From positions 1-64,000 of the forward strand of contig JAQGDQ010000436.1 in the NCBI GenBank assembly GCA_030141605.1: a stretch of 64,000 nucleotides of DNA, read 5' to 3'. Numbering within the stretch: the stretch's first letter is position 1; each line of letters starts with the position of its first letter. Of this stretch, positions 55,201-64,000 are shown piece after piece. A program made the position numbers and the translations under genes. Under the pieces are notes generated by a model. That model saw nothing but the letters and a program-made list of their open reading frames with translations, did no database searches and was not told where the DNA came from. This DNA comes from Tubiluchus corallicola (lineage: Eukaryota; Animalia; Priapulida).

Positions 55201-58200
55201 AAACCAAATGAGGCGTTAAATAGAATCTGCCAACTGGTCAAGCCATTGGGCTCCAGTGTCCAGCAGAAGGGATGCCCTTATGAAAACACTGACACTTTCA
55301 TTCACGAAAATTTGAACCGATGTAAAAACTATTTTTTTTCTTAATCTGTTGCTGACGAGTTACTGGCATAAAATTTAGTTATCTCTAGGAATTTAAACGT
55401 TTTTTATACAATTTGGTATTCTAAAAGCTACAATTCAACACTTAGCAACAAAGGCTAGTTAATGATTGTTTGTGGCAAAACTGAATTTCGCTCAAAATCA
55501 AGGATAAGTACCTAAGATGAGATACTGAACAGACAGAAAGTGTCCTTTAGTCACGTACGGCTATTATACTTGCATCATCTGCAGTATCGTTTGACTTAAT
55601 GGCTGATATAATATATATATATAGGATAGACTACGGCCAAATCACGTTGAAGACACCGCTTCTCGTCTGATCACCGAAGTTAAGCAACATAGAGCCTGGT
55701 TAGTACTTGGGTGGGTGACCGCCTAGGAATACCAGGTGCTCTAGGCTTGCGGGATGCTCACACTGTATCTCGGCACTAGGCGGAGCAGCTGCACAAGCAG
55801 CCAACGGCTAGAGGGCGGAGGAGGTCAAGTGACCCAACGGAGTAAACCTTCCAAATCAGGAGTGGAGCCCCAAAGGCGGACCAATGCAGCATGCTCACTG
55901 ACTCCTGCAGCTGACCTGGTGCCAAACGTATCACTCCACTTTCCTTTGAACTACACGAGGGAGGAAGAGAGGGGGTTCCTGTTGTCTGGGCAACTCAGGA
56001 TATCCATACACCTTGCCCAGGCGTGCACCCTGGAGACGTTCAAGGATCGCACTGCTCAGCCACAGTCGACGCTGCAGCTCCATCAATGTGATCAATAACT
56101 GACTCTCGTGGCGCACACTCCATTGTCTTCCGAGACAGAAGGATGCCAACCATTATATATTATATATCGGATATATATCCATAAAAGACTATGATGACGG
56201 CATCGATGAAGACAGCGGTGACGATAAGATAAGAATATTATGATGATCTTTATAACAAGCAAATTTAAAAGACTGTATTTGTTCAAATGCAAAAGCACAG
56301 ATGCCATGACTCCCACATTTCAGACAGAAGATTAAAAAGGAGTGGTTTATTTTTTTCAAGTTGTTTTTTTACTTGGCTTTACTTACAAGATAAATTCACG
56401 GTTGCTATAACATCAGTCGAGTTGAAACTAAATCTTTCTGACACGTCATTTACTTTCTAAACAGAGGAAATTTAAACTAAACAAATGTACGCACTAGAAA
56501 CATTACTCCCTGCCTTTCTCTACATTAACTTTCTATTTGTAATGCCACTATATTATTTTTAATAGACGCAGAAAATAAATATGCTACAGTCTGGTTTCAA
56601 AACATTGTAAATTTGAAAATGCGGCAGAAATTGTTAAAGCAACGGTATAGTGAGAAAGCGAAACAGATACCTAGTCTAAAAATACAACTTTGTGAAATCG
56701 TTACTAAGTCAACTTTATCCTCTCACATAGCAAGAGATCAACAGTAACAATCACAAAATTGACCTTGACTTTTTGGTTAATTGACATTTGGCTTTTTAAC
56801 ATCAATCATTCTGCTACGAATGAGGTAGGCCTTGAATGATAAAGCATGATATTTTTTTGCTATATTAAATTAAACAGCTCAACTGTCAAATTTAAGCTGG
56901 TTAAAAGCTAAACGTTTGGTACTGAAGTTTTTGACAGTGTGAAGCAGAAAATGGAACATGCTGATCCAAAATATGTTTGGATTTTAATAAATTTAACTAT
57001 AAGGATTAGTGTTTAATGAAGATGCTAATGAGTTACCCTGTTACTATGACCTTTGACCTCAAAAAGAAAGCAGTTCCAACAACAATTCTACTGTGTGTGT
57101 TAAAAACAATGCTTTTATCAAAGCTGGATCAACTTCCACTGTTCCTACCAATTGTTTTTGACCGTGTTGTGGACATGCGAACAGAACAGACACACGGCTA
57201 CAAATATAAAAGCCATAGCCTAGCTTCTGGTACCAGCTAGAACTGCCTCTAGATTCTAGAAACAACAGCAATGCTTAAGGCATTAAAAGCTTCAAATGCC
57301 CTAGGCCATCTGTCCTCTGGCTACAGTCTGAACTTGCAGTTCTGTTAAATGAAGCCAGATTTAGTGCACAAATGCCCAGCAATCAAGGTTTACTCAGCTG
57401 AAGCCATTTGACACAGAAGGAGAATAGGCGATTAAGTCAAAAACAGCATAGAACTAGTGAACGCTTTTGACTGTGTCAAAAACTATGGTAATACCGATTC
57501 TGCTTCTGTTTTATATTCTCAAATAAAAATGTTTTTCAGAATGATTAACAGTACGTATGTATGTGCTGTTGTCTTGACATTACAAATTTCAGTGAAATCA
57601 GAACTTGTCACTTGTGCGTGGGTTTTAGGTTAAGGCTCTGAAGATTATAATGTTGCCTCCGCTGAATTCGCCATACTGGATGGCGTAGGAATTGCATTTC
57701 AGTTTCATAGTGAAATCTGAACTTCCAATTTGTTTCTAGCCAACAACCAGTCACCCATCTACTTATTAACTAAGTCCTGGGTTGCTTTTTTTTCGCAACC
57801 AAGCCACAACGACCACATAACTTCCCAAGATAACAGTAAATTCCAGGAAGTAGAAAAATAATGAATTTTGCTATCAATAGAATATTCAGAGTCAAACCAA
57901 TTTTAAGGAAAATACAAATTACATAATTTTGTAGAAACCACAAAACCTGGCAAAAGCATTTTGCCTGAAAAGCAACATGTTTGAAATGACAATCAGACAA
58001 AAATTTAAATTAAAATGATGAAATGACTATGTGTTTTGTTTTTCTTACGTATAAAAACACATTGTATATTCGGTTACAAAGTTAAGCAACAGTGGGTCTG
58101 GTTATCATTACCAAACGAATGAGTCTCAAACCTATGTAACTAAAATGTTCTATACTTTCACGTAATAAAATGTTCTGTACTTTCATGTAATAAAATGTTC

Positions 58201-61200
58201 TGCACTGCTACTCATTGTTTGAATGTACTCCTTAGCAAAAACTTACGTAGTACCTTGTACTATAAAGTTTACCAGTTTATTACTATTTTATTACTAAGTT
58301 CAGCTGTCCACACGCCCTCCTCCATAGTCACCTCTTTGCAAAGTTTCTGAATGAATCACTGCAGCCACATTCCAATGGAATTAATACCACAGAATGGCTT
58401 CAGGCTAACCAGAGTAACATGCAGGCACTGCCTTCTCTCTTTGGCTTCAACAAAGACTCGTGTTACAAGACAGAAATGAATCAGAGGGAGCCCCAAACAT
58501 CCTGTTTCATTACCCTAACTTACAACGCGCATACTAGAAAGCACTGTCACTATTTCAACTCACATATATTATTGTTAAAGTCATAATTTGCTTTTATATC
58601 AACATCAGCAATAATTTAAAATTTTCAACATGAAGCAATGTTAATATTAAAAATGGGAAGACACAGCGATTAAGTAAACTACTGAGTCAAGCGAAAGAAA
58701 AAACAATAAGAAAAGATCATCACCAGCAATATACTTTTCCTCTTACGTTTTTCCATGGTGTTGATCTCTGCTTACCAATGACTGTGTTGGCTTTTCCTAT
58801 CATCTATTCAGAACTTAATTTAATGATCATGTCATTACAAAATCGAAAAAAGCACCGATCTTTGCATTTTTTTATTCTTTTTTCTCACTAGATGACAGTT
58901 CATCTTGTTTGATTAAAACATTGGTGTTTTTTCATTTCTTTGTCACGTTTTTTTTATTAATTGTAACAAAACTTGGTTTTAAGAATTATACCTATGCTAT
59001 TAATTACTTATTACGATGTCTCTGTCAGATATAGATGACTGCCAAAGTTAGGGAAATTCTAGCCACCAGCAACTGGATTCGTGACTAAGAATTGAATAAC
59101 GTGGCTAATTCAGTGCACGGAGCAGAACTTCTGCAACTGAGATTTAGTTTACAATTTGTAAAAACCTGTTTTTCGCAAAGTTAGAGGGAAAACAAGTATC
59201 AGATGAAAAACAGGAATGTCAACACCACAATGATGAGAGCTTAATTGGCATGAAATGTACTGTACAAAAGCTAAAAAAGTTTTCATTTAACACGTCAATA
59301 AGCATGAAGTAGCGGTTATTTTTTTAATATTAATTTTTGTAGCAAACTGGAGTGCCATTGTGAGTGGCATGTACCATTACGGCATTCAAATATAAGCCAG
59401 CTTAGTTATTAAACAGCAGTGCAGCCAAATTAAAAGAACTTATACAAAAATTTCTTTTTCATTGTAGCTGCTTAAGCCTGCTTTATTTTAAAATTATATT
59501 TTAGATGTTAAAAATTGGCAATTTACGTTTTTCATTAAGAACTAATGGTGCATCCTAGCAGCCTTTTGGTCCCATACACGTGGTTTGTGAGAAGGCAGTG
59601 ATAATAATAAATGCAGTCTACAATGATGGAGCTCTCCAACTAGTGCAATTTGTATGCTAAATTACACAAAATACTTATATTGCAGAGTATACACCTGCTG
59701 AGCTGGTCAGCCCACACTAGTGAAAAATATCACATGGGTCTGCACCTGCTATATTATGATATATTATGTATATATTATGATATATTATGGTCATATCTGA
59801 CCACATTTTTACATTCGGAAGTGGTTAACCTTACATTTGACTCTCAGTAAAATTTTCATGGCTTTCTCACAACCCAGAAATACACCAGATACAAAGCAGA
59901 ACACCCTCCATTGAGACACAACAAAAATTCAAACTCACCCATAAAGGAATGCATGGTCTAGATGCTCGCAGAGTCGATGCACTTGCCAGCTGTCATTAGT
60001 TAAAACAATCTCATCGTTTTCAGTTCCGTTCTCACGTAAACACTGCATCTCTTGTATCTAACAGCATAAAACAATTCCACTGTGAAATATGACAGAATAG
60101 AAGCCTATACCTTTGAAGTATTGGCATTCGCTAAGTAAGTCTAAGTTTGTCTAATGCAAATTGGCAAGCAGTCTCACCGAGAAAACATTGCATGCACAAA
60201 AGTTTCTTTAATACCTGCATAAGTACAGCTTGCACAGGCTCATCAGTCATCATACTAAAGTACGCACGCATTTTTATGTAAAGTTTTAATACATTTTAGT
60301 TAAAAACTGGTTTGGATTCATGATTGCAAAAAATAAAATGAAGAGAGAGAGAGAGAGAGCGAGAGACTGATAGCGGATAAAAATCCCTATAAATGCCAAA
60401 TTACTGCCTAACTAACTAATGTCACAAACTTTACAGTGTTCCTACTTCGCGGTTCGTTTATCGCGGACTCGCTGTTTTGCGGGTTTTCAAAAATATTAAT
60501 GTAAAATATTTATTGTGGTATTTTTGCTGTTTCGCGGGTTTTTGCGGTACTCTGTCTAAAGTATTTTTGCACATGCGTAGTACGTATTGTACAGTAATGT
60601 ACAGATTTGACGAATTTTGCATAAAAAAATCACAAAATGTGTAAAAATATATTAAAAATATTAATTCTAACATAAAAGAATATTATAAATCATAAAAAAT
60701 TACCATTTACAATAAATAGTGTATGTATTCGGCGGATGAATACACACCAAAAACGAAATGTAGCACTTGCGTCCGCTTGAGATGCTACTTGCCGACGTGA
60801 GATTGTAATACAACACACGATTGGTTGATTGATGGAAAGCGACCAACCAGAGAATGCTGCTCTGTATCCCAGTCGCTGGTTGGCTCAGGTACCGTGCAAT
60901 CTGCTTTCTTTCGCTGTGCGCAGCTACCCCCAGGGTTTATAAAGACTTAGAATAATGTATAACTACTAAAATAAGTATAGCGTCCCTACTTTGCAGGAAC
61001 ACCTGCGATAACTGAGGGAACACTGTATATGCGACAGATAAAATGGGGTTGTGGCAAACCCCTACTAGCAGAAAAATCAGAGAAACACCTTCAGATTTGT
61101 TAGAAACCACTTCCATTCGTTTACATTTAAAACACACAGCGGTAGTACAAAATTCAACGAAATCAGTAAAATCACGTCACTGATAATGTAGTATAAAGTA

Positions 61201-61424
61201 TAAAAAGCTTCCAAACCCAAAAAAATTAATGTAAGAAATTCATTAGCTGTCAGTAATTGTCTTGACCTGCTAAGAAGGTTTAATCACATAGATGCTTAGC
61301 TGTTTCATTCTGCAACACTTAATTTAACTAATTATTTTTGCTAATTACAAACCTGTTTGATAGCAGTTGAAATATTAGTGAGGATGCGATCGCGCACTAG
61401 CATCTTATCAGCTAAACCTGCCAT
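37290..61424 (-). CDS. PLEKHM2: PLEKHM2/SKIP (RUN + PH domain kinesin-1/Arl8 lysosomal adaptor), about 974 aa, 18 coding exons: 61424-61353, 60057-59939, 54524-54415, 53365-53178, 52378-52250, 50782-50659, 50076-49979, 49647-48775, 48052-47897, 46343-46255, 45493-45361, 44624-44458, 44265-44200, 43338-43179, 42592-42416, 41131-41090, 38870-38751, 37391-37290
   Basis: All introns are GT-AG and phases join (2925 nt). Motifs VRDRILTNIS, RLCEHLDHAFLYG, RAWLYLALNENNLESY, DVPYLDL, LDNNTLLL, LTDATMQKVAL, FYSLTHWED, EGMLM..WKSSFFVLKNGWLYQY, GGCRR and CHEELQTGFVRTLG are collinear with recalled human PLEKHM2. Confidence 0.95.
38147..38673. mobile_element. hAT-type MITE
   Basis: TIR CAGTGGCGGCTC / GAGCCGCCACTG with an 8-bp TSD TTCATTAG / TTAATTAG (7/8 match). 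Confidence 0.85.
41807..42311. mobile_element. hAT (Charlie-like) MITE
   Basis: TIR CAGTGGTTCCCAACCTT / AAGGTTGGGGAAACCATG with a perfect 8-bp TSD CTCTAGAA (41799-41806, 42312-42319). Confidence 0.9.
46760..47250. repeat. 21-bp minisatellite (about 23 units, acaaaacactgacaatgctac) in a PLEKHM2 intron
   Basis: Direct observation; explains the heptad ORFs on both strands. Confidence 0.95.
48195..48280 (+). mobile_element. Decayed tRNA-derived SINE head / tRNA pseudogene
   Basis: ggccagcagctcaaatgacaaagca...attcgaattctggctggccc shows A/B-box remnants and an acceptor-like stem, followed by a T-run. Confidence 0.45.
51367..52032 (+). mobile_element. MITE family A, copy 3
   Basis: Collinear with 1570-2168 end to end, with the same TIRs. 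Confidence 0.87.
54744..54909. repeat. About 43-bp minisatellite x4 (ttacacatatgtcaagctatcttacaattcatagtattatttt)
   Basis: Direct observation. Confidence 0.9.
55629..55748 (+). rRNA. Full-length 5S rRNA-like sequence (probably the head of a SINE3 element rather than a functional rDNA unit)
   Basis: GACTACGGCCAAATCACGTTGAAG...TGATCACCGAAGTTAAGCAAC...GGTTAGTACTTGGGTGGGTGACCGCCTAGGAATACCAGGTGCTCTAGGCTT, 120 nt, with boxes A, IE and C recognisable. It is a single copy with no T4 terminator. Confidence 0.85.
55629..56153 (+). mobile_element. 5S rRNA-derived SINE (SINE3-like, about 525 bp), antisense in PLEKHM2 intron 2
   Basis: The 5S head is fused to a GC-rich body lacking TTTT. The 3' end has a hairpin tgtct-tccg-agaca followed by ggatgccaaccat and an AT-rich tail. 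Flanks are TSD-like: tatataggata / tatatcggata. Confidence 0.75.
60434..61025. mobile_element. MITE family B, copy 2 (inverted, longer)
   Basis: TA|CAGTGTTCC ... GAGGGAACACTG|TA; near-identical to the reverse complement of 2720-3135, with an extra internal segment. Confidence 0.88.
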
Positions 61425-61650
61425 TACAAAATGCAGAAACTGTAAATCACGCATCAGTAAAACGTTATTGGCTTATTACATAAAGTGGCTAATAATCTCA
61501 ACATCTTCAGCACAACCACCCTCTTCTTCATCAGTTCAGAAACCTCAAGTACAGTTCTTTTTCTCGATTTTCTCCTCGTCTCAGACGAGTCACAGACAGT
61601 CGGAATCGGCGCAGCTTTTTAGTGTCGTTATTTAGCGCCATCTGTACTCA
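61425..61650 (-). promoter_or_regulatory. PLEKHM2 5' UTR / promoter region
   Basis: CpG-enriched stretch upstream of the ATG, a CTCF-like core AGCGCCATCTG at 61634-61644, and a uORF at 61531-61454. Confidence 0.45.
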
Positions 61651-63554
61651 AAATTTTAAAGTTTTTACCATGTAGGCATGTACACATGAAATATAAATGC
61701 AAGCAAGGAAAACCGATTACATTTTAAAAAGATAAAAAGTTGCTACTACTGTGTTTATTTCACTAAACTTCATAGCCGAACGTTGTGCTGTGCTATAATA
61801 TTTATCCAACATTGCAGCCAAAAATCAAAACAAGCGAGAAAATCCTATCGCAGTAAAAGAAACAAAACAGATAAAATAGTTATCAATCTATTAACTGTAA
61901 CAGTAACCATTACATTATTTTTAATTTTTTCTAACTTTATACCAGCAACTTTATAAATATTCTAATTGCAAAAAAAGTTGTGAATGAGATATCCCATTTG
62001 TTCAGAGACCATCTTAGCTAAAATTAACTCGAAATGTTTATTGTTGATCTGCATGGAATATTCACATAATTTTATTAACATTCGCATTTTGTACTCAATA
62101 CCTAATAACTGCCAATAATGATGAGGTGAACTGAATAGCCAGGTGATCACGGTGAGCACTCGACAACTGAAAAGGCAACACCAGAGCTGATCAATAAATG
62201 GATGGGTGACAATTGGTTCATTGCTTGCTCTACATTTCACTCACTATACTATTGATTCTGACCATGTACTAGAGGATGTATACCCATTCAAAAGTGGCTA
62301 AGAGATCTTCCCTGGTTCAGTGTTATCGACTTAACCTTAATAAAGAGGACGATTTTCTTCCTACAACAACTATCTACATCAAGCATGGCCAGCCAATGAA
62401 TACTGGATTTCAGCATGCCAGAGTGGACTGTATAAAAAACATGTAAATATGTTGTAATACTCCTGCTGTGTCTGCTGGATGTTAAAAATTAGGATTTTTT
62501 TCTGTGTCAAATCGGTACAGAAATTTAAAAGTGTTTCACACAAATAGTCCAAAAATACAATTTTGCTAATCAGCATAGGAAATGGTGCAAAATAAATAGA
62601 ACTAGAGTCATCGGATTAACAACCATTTATTCTTGCGTATAATTAGTTTCAGTTAGCAGCATTAACATATTAACAGCGATAAGAAATGACAATGCAAAAT
62701 TATATTAATAACAAACATTAAAATAATTATTACGAGCTTATCACAGAATAATTATTATTTAATTTTACTGTCAAATGATAGGAATTCAACACGTAACAAT
62801 GTTAAATTGCATATTTGGGCTATGAAAAGTGCTATTACGAACTGTTGACTCTCTTACAATAATGATCCTTAATGTGTTATCACAATATGAACAAGTTGCA
62901 ATTCCCTCAGTATCATGACCCCTGCACAAGAAGTAAACACTTTAATGGCAAGCATAATTACAATAGTAATGTTAAATGGAAAATGAAACAATATTGATGA
63001 TTTCATAAACTTTTCTTACAGATTTTTCTAATGAAGGTACATGTGATATAAACTTGTAATTGGTAGCTGATCCCTAACCAAAGTTCAAGTTTTCAGCAAG
63101 TACAAGTTAATTCAAAAGACAATCTTAGCAATTCTCTAAATAAACATGCCAATAGCATTTATGACTCTTTTTAATATCTACTTACAAAAATTAACCAATG
63201 CAAGAAATATTTTCATTAAAAGTTTGTCATAAGCTTCTACAGGCCATAATTGAAATATGTCATGAAATGATGCATAGTATAATAAAAACTCCAAATAGCA
63301 GTTAAGACTAATCAGTGCTAAGTCAGTACAAAGTGTAAGCAAAGAGTGATATGACATTTACTGCATGCAAAACTGCAATGCCAACAACACATGAGGTGAC
63401 CGACTTCTTTATCCAGAAATTGGGTGTCACATGAGAGTTAAGAAAAAATTGACGCTCTATATCGGAGATGACAAAAATACCAGAAAAAGCATGTAATTTA
63501 CACTACTTACTTCAATACTTCAGGTTGAGGAGTAATATTTTTATGATTTTTGAA

Positions 63555-63740
<186 letters not shown>

Positions 63741-63874
63741 GTTTGTGATAACTTTCAAGTCTAGAAGGTCTACCATTTCTTAACACCTTTTACAGAACTA
63801 GGTTAAACTATTTTTTAAATTGATGACAAAACTTTGCATAAAAATATAAATAAATTAAACATACAACACCGACA

Positions 63875-64000
63875 TCAAGGTAGATTTAATAAATCACTTT
63901 TGGTGTAAGTTTCTTGCACGACACTATAGACAGGTTGTGCTGCCTTCACCACTCGTTGTAAGACTTCGCTTGCCTCTTTCTGATCGACTTCCTTTCCCGG
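63875..64000 (-). CDS. Probable last coding exon of an unidentified upstream gene (partial)
   Basis: GC-richer open frame PGKEVDQKEASEVLQRVVKAAQPVYSVVQETYTKSDLLNLP* running off the window edge, followed by AT-rich 3' UTR-like DNA. Confidence 0.55.
   Translation of the reverse strand, partial: PGKEVDQKEASEVLQRVVKAAQPVYSVVQETYTKSDLLNLP

Noticed and set aside
55629-55748. Functional 5S rDNA gene
   Set aside because: Single intronic copy with no oligo-T terminator, mismatches in the terminal stem, and fusion to a SINE-like body.

Overview
AT-rich, intron-rich metazoan (invertebrate-like) nuclear DNA; nothing prokaryotic and no CRISPR. The window holds four spliced protein-coding genes plus the last exon of a fifth, all on the minus strand. 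I reconstructed them by hand from GT-AG sites and reading-frame phase. They are: the 5' part of NPHP4 (nephrocystin-4), an orphan secreted Pro/Asp/Arg-rich protein of about 1037 aa, an Aven-like gene, a complete 18-exon PLEKHM2/SKIP, and an unidentified terminal exon at the right edge. Gene names come from remembered similarity to the human proteins, not from a database search. The most notable observations are five. (1) One NPHP4 exon lies on the opposite strand, in a 2.26-kb block bounded by a perfect 101-bp inverted duplication, most likely a mis-oriented contig. (2) The whole Aven terminal exon (AG acceptor, EDWLDDLLAS, stop) is tandemly repeated 11 times. (3) There is a full-length 5S rRNA-headed SINE-like element, plus about 9 decayed 5S-promoter fragments. 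(4) The orphan secreted protein is charge-segregated and may be nested in the first intron of NPHP4. (5) Introns carry many MITEs, a solo LTR and a CR1/L2 fragment. I found no well-supported new multi-gene system; the candidates are listed as findings with tests.
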